Assembly: GCA_015055815.1 (NCBI GenBank)
Contig: SVHM01000002.1
Location: 172,296 to 236,295, forward strand
DNA length: 64,000 nt
DNA from: Clostridiales bacterium
GTDB taxonomy: Bacteria; Bacillota; Clostridia; Christensenellales; UBA1242
Direction of reading: 5' to 3'
In this document: piece after piece, positions 1 through 10,476 of the stretch
How positions within the stretch are numbered: position 1 is the stretch's first letter
Layout: each line of letters opens with the position of its first letter
Notes under the pieces: model-generated
Seen by the model: only the letters and a program-made list of their open reading frames with translations
Database searches by the model: none
What the model was told of the DNA's origin: nothing
Position numbers and translations under genes: made by a program

Positions 1-571
1 GTACAACTAAAAGCAAACAATTTATTGTCATTAATAATATTATAGACTTTGTTGTAGCCATAGAAACAAATACAAATATAGCAAGTGCAAGCCATAATAC
101 ACCAAGTAGTATTTCCAAGATGAAATTTTCTCTTTTTTCTTTAAATGCTTGAATTATTGAGAAAACTTTCCAGATTGCAAAAGCCATAATAAATATTCCA
201 ATGAACCATCTTAAATCTAAAAGACTTCCATCAAGTTTTCCCGTTTCAAGTATTTTAGATAGCTGTAGTGAACTAAATAACATATAAGTAATAACTATAA
301 GTGCAGTTAAACAAATAGAAAATATACCTTCAGCACAAAGAGACTTTCTCTGTCCTTTAAAATCGCTGAACACCCTAATTTGTAGTACACCATTCCAAAC
401 ACTTGCTACTGCAAGCATTACTGCAGAAAAGGTGAATATTACAGTCAATTTAGCACTGCCCAAATTTGCCGCAACAGCAATCATAATAGTAGCAATAATT
501 GCAACTGCAGATAAAACTGCAAGCAAAACTATACCAGTTTTTGTCGTTCTTTTTAAAAATTGTTTTTCCAT
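1..571 (-). CDS. multi-pass membrane protein, N-terminal part (ORF runs off the window start)
   Basis: Manual minus-strand translation from ATG 571..569 (MEKQFLKRTTKTGIVLLAVLSAVAIIATIMIAV...) stays open to base 1. Several hydrophobic helices. The start lies 2 nt after the stop of the upstream gene. Absent from the ORF track because it is truncated. Confidence 0.45.
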   Translation of the reverse strand, partial: MEKQFLKRTTKTGIVLLAVLSAVAIIATIMIAVAANLGSAKLTVIFTFSAVMLAVASVWNGVLQIRVFSDFKGQRKSLCAEGIFSICLTALIVITYMLFSSLQLSKILETGKLDGSLLDLRWFIGIFIMAFAIWKVFSIIQAFKEKRENFILEILLGVLWLALAIFVFVSMATTKSIILLMTINCLLLVV

Positions 572-573
572 AA

Positions 574-1320
574 CTATTTATTCCTTTTAAATTTAGCAAG
601 TAATTTAAAGAATTTAACTATTGCATATAGAGCATATCCAGTAGATAGAAGTGTATTCATAAGCATTTCTACAGCATAAAGCTTTAGTAATTTTAACATA
701 CGAGCTTCATCTTCTTCAGCAAAAATATTAAGCTCTTCCATCATTTTAATTACTTCATTTCTAACTGCTTTTTCATTTCTCAATTGCAAAATTGATAAAA
801 TCATGTTAAGTAAAAATAATACTATAGTTATAATACCAACAACCAATGCAAATGTTGAAACTGTCTTTATAACTAATGAAACTATAAATCCAACTAAGAA
901 AACTACAAATGAAATTGCTGATAACACAGTTATAAAAGAGTTTAATGCATATTTAGGATATTTCTTGTCTTGTCTAGCATCCATTATTGCCAATGCACAA
1001 GCTTGCATCATCCATGTATAACAGATAAGACTAGAACTCTTACCCCTTAAAAATGAACAATAAACAACTTTCTTTTTTCTTTTGTACGTAGGAAACACAC
1101 CTTTCTTAACTTCTACATCAACTAGTCCATACTTATCAAGTACAGTTCTTCCCAACTCTTCAACCCCTACACCAAGGTCGCTTTTTCTATAACGGCTTCT
1201 ATTATATGCATAACGGACAGAGCCTTTTATGAAAAGAGATATAATTAAGAATGCGCCAATAACAATAAGTAAAACAGTTGCTATAGTAGAAGATATGTTA
1301 GTCGACAACAATAAATTCAT
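574..1320 (-). CDS. YugP-like membrane protein with the HExxH zinc site replaced (predicted inactive peptidase homologue)
   Basis: Track ORF 574..1359. I prefer the internal Met (MNLLLSTN...) at 1320 because GGGGG lies 6 nt upstream. Architecture matches the YugP/Zn-peptidase-2 family as I recall it: TM, soluble G.E.L.R.VLD..GL.DV.V segment, then TM bundle. The HExxH position reads MMQACALAIM. Confidence 0.55.
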   Translation of the reverse strand: MNLLLSTNISSTIATVLLIVIGAFLIISLFIKGSVRYAYNRSRYRKSDLGVGVEELGRTVLDKYGLVDVEVKKGVFPTYKRKKKVVYCSFLRGKSSSLICYTWMMQACALAIMDARQDKKYPKYALNSFITVLSAISFVVFLVGFIVSLVIKTVSTFALVVGIITIVLFLLNMILSILQLRNEKAVRNEVIKMMEELNIFAEEDEARMLKLLKLYAVEMLMNTLLSTGYALYAIVKFFKLLAKFKRNK

Positions 1321-1545
1321 ACTAACCCCCATATTTATATTTATATAATAATTTAGCAAAATAGCGAAAATATGTCAAGTAAATACGTTATATTTATATA
1401 ATATAGTTTAAAAAAATCAAAATAACCACTTTTATAAAATACAACAAGACAACCCATAATATGATAAAAAAATAAATATTTTTTAACATTGGACAAACTC
1501 AAAATAATATATACTAATTGTATAGATTAAAAGTAGGAGAAAATA

Positions 1546-2559
1546 ATGAACACTTTTAAAAAAACAATATTCTTATCAAATAAACACAACTCAAAAATCA
1601 ATACCCTATCAACGTTGACATTAGAAAAAAAGAACTCGTCAATTTTTTGCACAATTAAATGTTATAACGATACCCCACAAGGAAATTTACTACTTGGCAT
1701 ACAAAGTGGAAATAAAATCATCAAACAAAATGTATCATTTGAAAACAACCCGTATAACTTTATACTTACAGATAGTATTAATTTAAATGAAACAATAAAC
1801 TGTGTTTTAGTAGATAATAACTCAGATGATTTTAAACCAATATTATGGGGTAAAGAAAATAAAGAAAACCAAATTCAGTTACTACATAAATTGAAAGAAA
1901 ATATTTCAAAATTAAATAGAACAAAAAAAGTTTCGACAAATACAACAAACAACGATAACAAAATTGATGATAAAAATATTAGTGATGAAATCACCAATAA
2001 TAACAACCTTTTAAAAACTGAAAATGATAAAGAAATTTTTAACGAAAATTTCAAAAAAATTCCACATGAAAACCATCAACAAATTTCACTACTTAATGAC
2101 AATGAAAATAAACCAAATAATAACTCATTTGATGAAGTAGCAGTAGCACAAGCAAGTCTATTTGAATACAGCGAAAGTGAGATAGAAAATGAAATAGATA
2201 ACGCAATAAATAAAGACAATTCATCTCATAAATTTTATAATATGATATCATCACAAATTGATGAACTTTTTGAAAAATATCCTAGAGAATTTAATTTGGA
2301 AAAATTAATAGATAATAGCCAATGGGTAAAAATTAATCACGATTATGACAATAAGTACTATGTAGTTGGCATCATATATGAAGAAAACGACATTAAATAC
2401 ATATGCTATGGAGTACCAGGAAAATACAATCAAGAAAGACCTATGGAACTTGTAGGATATAGTCAATGGCTACCGACTGATGTAAAAGACCCATATAACA
2501 ATGGATATTGGGTAATGTATCAAGACGCCGATACGGGCGAAAATATAAACATAGAATAA
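1546..2559 (+). CDS. hypothetical protein, Asn-rich low-complexity centre
   Basis: 337-aa ORF with AGGAGA 7 nt upstream of the ATG. The C-terminal block YYVVGIIYEENDIKYICYGVPG...GYWVMYQDADTGE looks like a conserved module, but I cannot name it. Confidence 0.6.
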   Translation: MNTFKKTIFLSNKHNSKINTLSTLTLEKKNSSIFCTIKCYNDTPQGNLLLGIQSGNKIIKQNVSFENNPYNFILTDSINLNETINCVLVDNNSDDFKPILWGKENKENQIQLLHKLKENISKLNRTKKVSTNTTNNDNKIDDKNISDEITNNNNLLKTENDKEIFNENFKKIPHENHQQISLLNDNENKPNNNSFDEVAVAQASLFEYSESEIENEIDNAINKDNSSHKFYNMISSQIDELFEKYPREFNLEKLIDNSQWVKINHDYDNKYYVVGIIYEENDIKYICYGVPGKYNQERPMELVGYSQWLPTDVKDPYNNGYWVMYQDADTGENINIE

Positions 2560-2561
2560 AG

Positions 2562-2617
2562 AAAAAACTTTAGTAATTATGTGTAACAAAGTACATAAAT
2601 ATTACTAAAGTTTTTTA
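2562..2617. terminator. bidirectional intrinsic terminator between convergent genes
   Basis: AAACTTTAGTAAT ... ATTACTAAAGTTT long hairpin (inner TATGT/ACATA pairing), flanked by an A-run and a T-run. Confidence 0.6.
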
Positions 2618-2647
2618 TTTTAATTTAATAAAATTTATGGTGTTTTT

Positions 2648-3559
2648 TTAAGACAAAAAACCTTTAATAATCATCTCTTCAGCTTCAACTTCGTCTAGTC
2701 CCAAAGTCATAAGTTTTATCATTTGTTCACCTGCAATTTTACCTATTGCAGCTTCATGCACAAGAGAAGCATCAACACATTCTGCAACAATCTCTGGGGT
2801 TGATTTTATCACTGCTTTATCCATAAGAATAGCATCACATTCAACGTGTCCAAACGATTTGTTTTTACCTATAACTTTACTATAAAAAGACTGCCTACTC
2901 TCATCCCTTGCTACCGACCTACTAACAACATCAACACTACTATTTTCACCCTTCAACTCAACTTCAAAATTCGTATCTGCCGTTTGGCTTTCACTTGTTA
3001 ATATTTTTTCTGTAATATATAGTTTTGCATTATTATCAAGTGACGCATTAGTATTTCTAACTGAAGATGTAACACCACCCAATTGAATAGTTTCCATTAT
3101 TACTTGAGAATTTTCACCCACTTCTACATTGGTAATGGGATTTAAAACTTTACTACCCTTACCACCACCAAAATGTTTTTCTACATATTTAACTTTACTA
3201 TTTTTGCCAACGTGGAAAGAGTGTATTCCGTTATGTTCACTCTCACCATCATCTGAATTATGTATTCCACATCCAGCAACAATTAAAATATCACAATTGT
3301 CACCTATATAGAAATCATTATACACATCTTCTTTTATCCCTACTTCTGTAATTATAACTGGCATATGCATACTTTCATTTACAGTATTATCTTTAACTAT
3401 TATGTCAATTCCACTTTTATCAGATTTTTTTATAATCTCAATATTCTTAGTACTCTTCATATCGATAGATTTAGCATTCTCTCTAATGCTATAAGCACCA
3501 CTTGGAACTTGATGCAAGTCTGCAACTGCAAGTAGTAATTCTTTTCCTATATTATTCAT
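2648..3559 (-). CDS. SufB/SufD-family Fe-S cluster assembly protein (short clostridial type)
   Basis: 303 aa, beta-helix-like repeat composition. Overlaps the upstream SufC-like ATPase gene by 8 nt. The pairing is typical of the two-gene sufCB-like unit in Clostridia. Confidence 0.7.
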   Translation of the reverse strand: MNNIGKELLLAVADLHQVPSGAYSIRENAKSIDMKSTKNIEIIKKSDKSGIDIIVKDNTVNESMHMPVIITEVGIKEDVYNDFYIGDNCDILIVAGCGIHNSDDGESEHNGIHSFHVGKNSKVKYVEKHFGGGKGSKVLNPITNVEVGENSQVIMETIQLGGVTSSVRNTNASLDNNAKLYITEKILTSESQTADTNFEVELKGENSSVDVVSRSVARDESRQSFYSKVIGKNKSFGHVECDAILMDKAVIKSTPEIVAECVDASLVHEAAIGKIAGEQMIKLMTLGLDEVEAEEMIIKGFLS

Positions 3560-4280
3560 AGCACTCTCCTTGAAGCTTTGAACAAGCCCTAATTTCTTTT
3601 AAGTTTGGAAGTATCTCTTCAGGAGTTCCATATGAAGATATTTTTGAACTATCCATTACAATAACCTTATCGGCAATTTTAATAATTTTTTCTTGGTGAG
3701 AAATTATTATATTCGCAGAATTATTAACAGCTTTATTTTCATTAAATGCACTTATTAGCCCGTCAAAACTCCACAAATCAATACCCGCTTCCGGCTCATC
3801 AAACATATTAAGCCTTGCATTTCTTGCAAGAGTTGTTGCAATCTCAATCCTTTTTAATTCCCCACCCGAAAGACTATCATCAATATCTCTATCTATATAA
3901 TCTCTAGCACAAAGCCCAACTCTTGACAAGTAATTACACACTTCATTTATTTTACTATTTGTTTTTTGAGCAGTGTTAAGCAAATCTTTTACCTTTAGCC
4001 CTTTAAATCTTACAGGAGTTTGAAAAGCATATGCCAAGCCTAGTTTAGCCCTATCTGTAATAGACATAGTTGTAATATTTACGCCATCAAAATAAATTTT
4101 ACCAGAAGTGACAGGCAAAATACCCATGATAATTTTCATAAGTGTACTCTTCCCACTACCATTATGACCAGTAATAACAACCATTTCTCCATCGTTTATG
4201 GTTAAATTTATATTTTTTAATATATATTTTTGTTTGCCATCTTCTTCTACCATATAGCAAACATTATCAAGTTTTAACAT
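3552..4280 (-). CDS. sufC: SufC-like ABC ATPase
   Basis: Walker A GHNGSGKST, signature LSGGELKR, Walker B MFDEPEAGID. No permease domain. Coupled to the SufB/D-like gene. Confidence 0.75.
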   Translation of the reverse strand: MLKLDNVCYMVEEDGKQKYILKNINLTINDGEMVVITGHNGSGKSTLMKIIMGILPVTSGKIYFDGVNITTMSITDRAKLGLAYAFQTPVRFKGLKVKDLLNTAQKTNSKINEVCNYLSRVGLCARDYIDRDIDDSLSGGELKRIEIATTLARNARLNMFDEPEAGIDLWSFDGLISAFNENKAVNNSANIIISHQEKIIKIADKVIVMDSSKISSYGTPEEILPNLKEIRACSKLQGECYE

Positions 4281-4428
4281 TTTTTCTCCTTGTACAACAA
4301 TTACATTTTATATTTTTTAAAAGTTATATAAAATCTAGATATATTATACAATAAATAAACCAATTTTACTAGTATTTTTATAAATACAATTTGCTTTTAT
4401 TTTAAATTGTGATATTCTAAATATAGAT

Positions 4429-5283
4429 ATGGATATAAATGTTAAACAAAGTGAAAAATTAATAAAGTTTCTTATTCACAATATACAAGGTGTGAGTTTT
4501 GGTAGCGCTCAAAAATTACTCCGTACTGGCAAAGTAAAAGTCAATTCTATTAAAACAAAAGACAATATTACTTTAAATGTAGGTGACACTATATCAGTTT
4601 ATCTTACAACAACAAACAAGCCAACCGTTAACATCTTATATGAAGATGAAAACATTTTGATTGTAAACAAACCACAAGGTATTGAATGTGCAACAAGAGA
4701 CAAGAGTAGCGAAAACACCTACTCACTTGAAGAAATATTTGAAGAAAAAAATGCCATAGTTATACATCGCCTAGACAGGCTAACAGAAGGTATTGTCATT
4801 CTTGCTAAAAACAAAGAAACAGCTCGAGATTTTGAGAAGTTTTTTAAGGAAAGAAAAATTGATAAATTTTATAAAGCGATAGTTTTAGGAACTCCTAATA
4901 GCGAAGGAATTAAAAAAGCATACCTAAAAAAAGACAGTAAAAATTCTACTGTCATTATAAGCGATACACCAAAAGATGATTTCAAAGAAATAATTACAGA
5001 ATACAGTGTTATCACGTCTTATGAGAACTTTTCACTCCTAAACATTAAGCTTCACACCGGCAGAACACATCAAATAAGAGCGTATTTTAGTCATATAGGG
5101 CATCCAGTAGCCAATGATAAAAAATACGGCAAATACTTCCCACAATTAGATAAATTATACAAAGGATATTATCTTACAGCATACAAAGTGATTTTTAATT
5201 TGCCAGACAAATATTCTCACTTAAACACATTAAATATTGAAATCACTCCATCTTGGATAAAAAATATTAATGTAAATAAATAA
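4429..5283 (+). CDS. RluA-family pseudouridine synthase with N-terminal S4-like domain
   Basis: Catalytic motif HRLDRLTEG, plus HTGRTHQIRAYFSHIGHPVANDKKYG. Confidence 0.85.
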   Translation: MDINVKQSEKLIKFLIHNIQGVSFGSAQKLLRTGKVKVNSIKTKDNITLNVGDTISVYLTTTNKPTVNILYEDENILIVNKPQGIECATRDKSSENTYSLEEIFEEKNAIVIHRLDRLTEGIVILAKNKETARDFEKFFKERKIDKFYKAIVLGTPNSEGIKKAYLKKDSKNSTVIISDTPKDDFKEIITEYSVITSYENFSLLNIKLHTGRTHQIRAYFSHIGHPVANDKKYGKYFPQLDKLYKGYYLTAYKVIFNLPDKYSHLNTLNIEITPSWIKNINVNK

Positions 5284-5313
5284 TATTTAAATCTGATAGA
5301 CTATATTTAATAT

Positions 5314-5346
5314 AAAAAAATTGGAAATTTCTTTCCAATTTTTTTG
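5314..5346. terminator. bidirectional intrinsic terminator
   Basis: ATTGGAAA-tttc-TTTCCAAT hairpin flanked by A7 and T7 runs, between convergent genes. Confidence 0.7.
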
Positions 5347-5352
5347 TTTTTA

Positions 5353-7065
5353 TTATTCCCACATATCTTTAATATTATTTTTGTAAATAACAATTTTAAT
5401 ATCTTGAGATGCAAGTCTTGTTTTTATTGAATTAATAACGTTAGTTGTTTTGTTATTATATAAGTTCTCATCCAAGTTTAGAGTATCATAGAAATAATTA
5501 AATAATGATTTATTGCTATCTGGAGTTGTCATTGTATTACATAAAGCAGAAAGCAATTGTTCATCACTTACTTCATTTTTCTCTTTACTAAGGTCAGCAT
5601 CACCAAATAAGTTTTTAGCAATACCATCATGGAAGATAATATGAATACCATAGTCACTAATTATAGCGTCCATACTTCCTTCACCTTCACCACCATTTCT
5701 CTTGTCCAATGCTCTAACACCATTGGCAAAAGGTTTTACCATTTGGTCCGTTACACGTTCGGTATTAAAGTTTACAACATAATCAAATGCACTATTCATG
5801 ATACCTGGGTCGTCATTGAATATATAAATCAAGTCATCAAACTTTGCACTTCTTTCTGTAAATGTACCTGTAACGGTATCTTTTACATATCTATATACTT
5901 CGTCAGCTGTCCAAGTATGTTTTTCACCATCTAGTTCAAAAGTTGTTGTAGTAAGCCCAGCAATTTCTTTAAGTCTTGTTTGATATTCATCACTTTCAAT
6001 AATTGAATAATCTTCATTACCATCAGCATCTTTAACATTCATTTCTTCTTTTAAAGTCTCAACCAATTCTTTTTGAGTATCGTTAAAGTTTAAAAGAATA
6101 TGTTTTACATTTATATATTGATTACCGCTATCTGGGTGGTAGAATATATAATTCTTAGAAGCATCTTTCATAGCTGTATGGTATGCAGAATAATAATCAT
6201 CTTCAGTTACAGGAGTATTATATTCACTCTTTTGTTCAGCATATTGTTCTCTATAATAATCAAGAACTGCTTGTACATTTACTGGAGTATTGTTAAAGAA
6301 ATCATCTTCGAATTTTTCCAAATATTTATTATTTGTAATCATTTCTAGAAGTCTATTTTCTTCATGTAAAAGAACATCTTTTTCTTCAGTGCTTCTTTCT
6401 TCACTCTTAGCAACATCTTGTAAACTTTTGATATATCTTGTCCATGCTTCTTTTGCTACGTTTTCTTCAATTGGTAATAAATAATCTTTTGAAAAATGTT
6501 CTGGCAAATTATCAAGAATAGGAGTTTCTTTACTTTCTCTTACTCTAGATACCACAATTTCATTTTCGCCCTTACTATTTTTTACAATTTCAAAAGTAGT
6601 AGTTGGAGAGTAACTTTCTTCAGCATCTCTTAATGATTCTTTTTCAGCTTCTTCTTCTACTTTTATTTCACAGTCCCACTCTTTTCTAACTTTTTCAACA
6701 AAAGTATTTACTGAATCACGCATATAATCAAGAGTTTCTTTCTTAACTTCTAATTTTTCAGTATCAGTAAGAGTATAGTTTTTCTTTATTTCTTCAAGAA
6801 GTAATTTTCTTTCAATCATGCTATTAACTGTAGCAGTAATAGACTCTTCTAGCGAAGAATAATAGCCTTGTTCATAATATTGATAACCATATGAATTATA
6901 TGCTTCTGCTAAATCTTTTTTAGTAAAAGACAAATCACCAACAGTAGCAACTATTTGGTCATAATATCTGCTTCTATTTATCTCTAACCAACTACACCCT
7001 GTACACACAATACAAAGTGCAAAAGCACACACAGCAGTTAGCATCTTTTTAAATATTTTTTTCAC
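5353..7065 (-). CDS. PrsA/SurA-like lipoprotein, parvulin-type peptidyl-prolyl isomerase
   Basis: Signal peptide with lipobox (LCIVCTGC). Parvulin-like INVKHILL ... MVKPFANGV ... DYGIHIIFHDG. Sits downstream of mfd, as in many Firmicutes. Confidence 0.65.
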   Translation of the reverse strand: MKKIFKKMLTAVCAFALCIVCTGCSWLEINRSRYYDQIVATVGDLSFTKKDLAEAYNSYGYQYYEQGYYSSLEESITATVNSMIERKLLLEEIKKNYTLTDTEKLEVKKETLDYMRDSVNTFVEKVRKEWDCEIKVEEEAEKESLRDAEESYSPTTTFEIVKNSKGENEIVVSRVRESKETPILDNLPEHFSKDYLLPIEENVAKEAWTRYIKSLQDVAKSEERSTEEKDVLLHEENRLLEMITNNKYLEKFEDDFFNNTPVNVQAVLDYYREQYAEQKSEYNTPVTEDDYYSAYHTAMKDASKNYIFYHPDSGNQYINVKHILLNFNDTQKELVETLKEEMNVKDADGNEDYSIIESDEYQTRLKEIAGLTTTTFELDGEKHTWTADEVYRYVKDTVTGTFTERSAKFDDLIYIFNDDPGIMNSAFDYVVNFNTERVTDQMVKPFANGVRALDKRNGGEGEGSMDAIISDYGIHIIFHDGIAKNLFGDADLSKEKNEVSDEQLLSALCNTMTTPDSNKSLFNYFYDTLNLDENLYNNKTTNVINSIKTRLASQDIKIVIYKNNIKDMWE

Positions 7066-7143
7066 TTTAATCTTTGCCCCTTAATATAAAGTATATTTTT
7101 ACCTATATATTCTACTATAATAATTACCAAATTGCAAATATTT

Positions 7144-10100
7144 TTAACAATTCTTCATAAATATTTGAATAAAATCAATTAAATAGTCCAAAATTTCAGA
7201 CTTTTCCACACCACAAATTTCAATTGTTGGCTCGCATGTAAAATTAATAGACATATTTTTAAAATTTTGCATAACATCAAGAATTTTTTCAGTCAAATAT
7301 TCTTTACCAATAAATACTATCTTACTTAATTTTTTTATAACAATCTTGCTTATGCCAAACATTGAAAAACTATTTTTAATAAGTGAGATTTTTGCAAGAT
7401 TAATAAGTTCTTCTGGAATATGTCCGTATATTTCAGAAATTTGCTTTTCAAACAAATGATAATCATCAAGATTTTGAATAGATGATATTTGCTTATAAAC
7501 AGCCATTCGACTAGACATGCTTGGAATATAATCTTTTGAAAGATACGCTGATATATCAGTTTCAATTTTAATATCGAATTTTTGCTTTAGTTCTTTTCCT
7601 TGCAATTCATCAACCGCCTCACTTAGAAGTTGAACAAATAAATTATAGCCTATTTTCTCTATATGTCCACTCTGCTCAGCACCAAGCAAATTACCAGCAC
7701 CCCTTATCTCTAAGTCTCGCATGGCTATTTTAAACCCACTTCCCATTTCGCTAAACTCTTTGATAGCCTGCAGTCTTTTATAAGCCGTCTCTGTAAGGAG
7801 TTTTCTACTATCAAAAGTAAAGTATGCAAAAGATTGCCTATCTCCCCTACCAACTCTTCCTTTTAACTGATAAAGTTGAGAAAGTCCTAAAAGGTCGGAA
7901 TTAATTACAATCAAAGTATTAGCATTAGGCAAGTCAACACCATTTTCAATAAGAGTGGTCGAAACCAAAATTTCCGTTTCTCCAGAATACAATTTAAATA
8001 TTTCACTTTCTAATTCACTCTCATTCATTTGTCCATGTGCAACAGAAATATTTGCATTACCAACCAAAGAATGAATATAACTAGCAAATTTATATATAGT
8101 TTCCACTCTATTATAAATGACAAGTACTTGACCTTTTCTTGAAAGTTCTTTTTCTATAGCTGATTTAATAATATTATCATTAAATTCTAAAACTTCTACA
8201 ATACTTTGTCTTCTTTCAACGGGCGGTGTTTCAATTACAGAAATATCCCTAACACCTATTAAAGACATATTTATCGTTCGTGGAATTGGAGTTGCACTAA
8301 GAGTTAAAACATTTATTTGCTTTTTAAAATTCTTGATTTTTTCTTTATCACCGACACCAAATTTTTGTTCTTCATCAATAATCAAAAGTCCCAAATTTTT
8401 ATAGTCAATATCTTTTGCAAGAAGTTTATGAGTACCAATCAAAAAGTCAATCTTTCCGTCTTTAAAATCTTTTTTGATTTTTTCAATTTCTTTAGGGCTT
8501 TTTAATCTATTTAATACTTCAATTTTTACACCAAAATTACTCATTCTATTTTTTGCAGTTATGAAGTGCTGTTCGGATAAAATTGTTGTCGGACAAAGCA
8601 ACGCCACTTGTTTACCCCCAAGAATAGTTTTAAATGCAATTCTAAGAGCCACTTCAGTTTTGCCAAACCCAACATCACCACAAATAAGCCTATCCATCAA
8701 CTTGCCCGATTGCATATCTTGTTTACAATCATTAATTGCAGACAATTGGTCGGCTGTCTCATCAAAGCCAAATTGATTTTCAAACGCTACCTGCATATCA
8801 TCATCAGGTAAATATTTTATTCCTTTTAAATTTAATCTTTCTCTATACAAAGCAATCAAATCAAAAGCAACTTTTTTAACAGAACTTTTAACTTTTGACT
8901 TAGTCTTAGCAAACTCAACTCCACCTATTTTATTAAGTACAGGTTGTTTGTCTGTAGACAAATACTTAGACAATTGATTTAAATTCTCAACTGGCAAATA
9001 TAATTTATCATTGTTCTTATACTCAACTACCACATAATCTCTAAATGATGAACTTATTTGCATGGTTTTTACACCCAAACATTTCCCAACACCATGAAAA
9101 TTATGTACAACGAAATCGCCTTCAGATGGAACTTCCCCATCAAAAAAGCCCGCCTCTACTTGTTTAATTTTTTTCTTTCTTCCAAACAAACTACTTGTTG
9201 AAATAATAGCTAATTTTTCTTCTGAAACAATTATATCAAGCGGAAAATTCCTTGATAAAATATTCACTTCTCCCTTTTGACAAAGAGAAAAAACAGAACA
9301 AATAGAATTGGGTACATTTTTTTCGTCAAATAAATTTTTTATCCTTATGGCATTTTCATTTGTACCACTCGCCAAAATAACAGTATATCCCAACTTTTTG
9401 AAATTGTTTACATCAAGTAGTAAAACATCATTATATCCAACATAATTTACAGGAGCAAGAGTTCTAATATTAAATACTTTATTTGGTTTAAAAATTCTAT
9501 TACCCTCATTGATAAAGTGAAAAGCAATTAACTGATGATTAAATTTTAAAACCTTACCCAAATCAATATATTCGTTACCCAAAACAACTGAAAGTGGCTT
9601 TTTTAAGTCTTTAATTTTTTGTTTAAAGTTTTTTACGTAATCATCAAGTTTGTTATAAATATTTCTTGCACCATCAAAAACTATTGTGGCATCTTGAACA
9701 AAGTCAAAAATAGAACTTTTAAAATTATCAAAAGCAATAAGTCTATAATCGTTATTTTTTAATTCAATTAAATTATCATATATTTCATCAAAAGATAATT
9801 TTTTTGATGAAAAAAACTCATCAATTTTTTCTTTACTAACCGAACAATATTTATTCGGATAAATACAAATTTCATCTATATCTTGACTTGTAAGCATTGT
9901 AACAGGATTGTATTCTTTTATATTTGATATTGTATCATAATCAAAATAAACCCTTGTTGGAACTCCCGACAAAGGAAAGATATCAACAACATCACCCTTA
10001 ATAGAATATTCACCCATTTGACTTACCAAGTCCACTCTACGATAATTTAACTGCGTAAGCCTTTTACCAATATTAACAATATTATCTTCACAGCCAACTT

Positions 10101-10476
10101 TCAATTGAATATTATCAATATTGCTAATATCTGGATATCTTTGACAAATAATTTCAGGGATTACAATAAGAGTATCAATTTCATTGTTTTTAATTTTATA
10201 TAAAGTTTTTAATATTTTTTCAAAAGATGTAAATTCATCAGTAAAAACATTAATTGTATCGGTAAGAATATCACACTTTCTACCAAGTGCTGTTAATTTT
10301 TCTTCTACTTCAAAGACATTATCTCCATTATCACAGACAAAAAAAAGGAAGGCGGTATCTTTTACTATCGCCAATTTTTCTCCTAGATTTAGACCAAAAA
10401 CACTAATATTTTCGCCCGCTTCTACCGAATTTATTAAATTTAAAAAATTACCATTTGATAAAAATTTCTTAAACAT
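7144..10476 (-). CDS. mfd: transcription-repair coupling factor Mfd
   Basis: 1110 aa. Superfamily-2 helicase motifs GDVGFGKTEVA, DEEQKFGV, SATPIPRT. Conserved pth-mfd synteny. Confidence 0.95.
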   Translation of the reverse strand: MFKKFLSNGNFLNLINSVEAGENISVFGLNLGEKLAIVKDTAFLFFVCDNGDNVFEVEEKLTALGRKCDILTDTINVFTDEFTSFEKILKTLYKIKNNEIDTLIVIPEIICQRYPDISNIDNIQLKVGCEDNIVNIGKRLTQLNYRRVDLVSQMGEYSIKGDVVDIFPLSGVPTRVYFDYDTISNIKEYNPVTMLTSQDIDEICIYPNKYCSVSKEKIDEFFSSKKLSFDEIYDNLIELKNNDYRLIAFDNFKSSIFDFVQDATIVFDGARNIYNKLDDYVKNFKQKIKDLKKPLSVVLGNEYIDLGKVLKFNHQLIAFHFINEGNRIFKPNKVFNIRTLAPVNYVGYNDVLLLDVNNFKKLGYTVILASGTNENAIRIKNLFDEKNVPNSICSVFSLCQKGEVNILSRNFPLDIIVSEEKLAIISTSSLFGRKKKIKQVEAGFFDGEVPSEGDFVVHNFHGVGKCLGVKTMQISSSFRDYVVVEYKNNDKLYLPVENLNQLSKYLSTDKQPVLNKIGGVEFAKTKSKVKSSVKKVAFDLIALYRERLNLKGIKYLPDDDMQVAFENQFGFDETADQLSAINDCKQDMQSGKLMDRLICGDVGFGKTEVALRIAFKTILGGKQVALLCPTTILSEQHFITAKNRMSNFGVKIEVLNRLKSPKEIEKIKKDFKDGKIDFLIGTHKLLAKDIDYKNLGLLIIDEEQKFGVGDKEKIKNFKKQINVLTLSATPIPRTINMSLIGVRDISVIETPPVERRQSIVEVLEFNDNIIKSAIEKELSRKGQVLVIYNRVETIYKFASYIHSLVGNANISVAHGQMNESELESEIFKLYSGETEILVSTTLIENGVDLPNANTLIVINSDLLGLSQLYQLKGRVGRGDRQSFAYFTFDSRKLLTETAYKRLQAIKEFSEMGSGFKIAMRDLEIRGAGNLLGAEQSGHIEKIGYNLFVQLLSEAVDELQGKELKQKFDIKIETDISAYLSKDYIPSMSSRMAVYKQISSIQNLDDYHLFEKQISEIYGHIPEELINLAKISLIKNSFSMFGISKIVIKKLSKIVFIGKEYLTEKILDVMQNFKNMSINFTCEPTIEICGVEKSEILDYLIDFIQIFMKNC

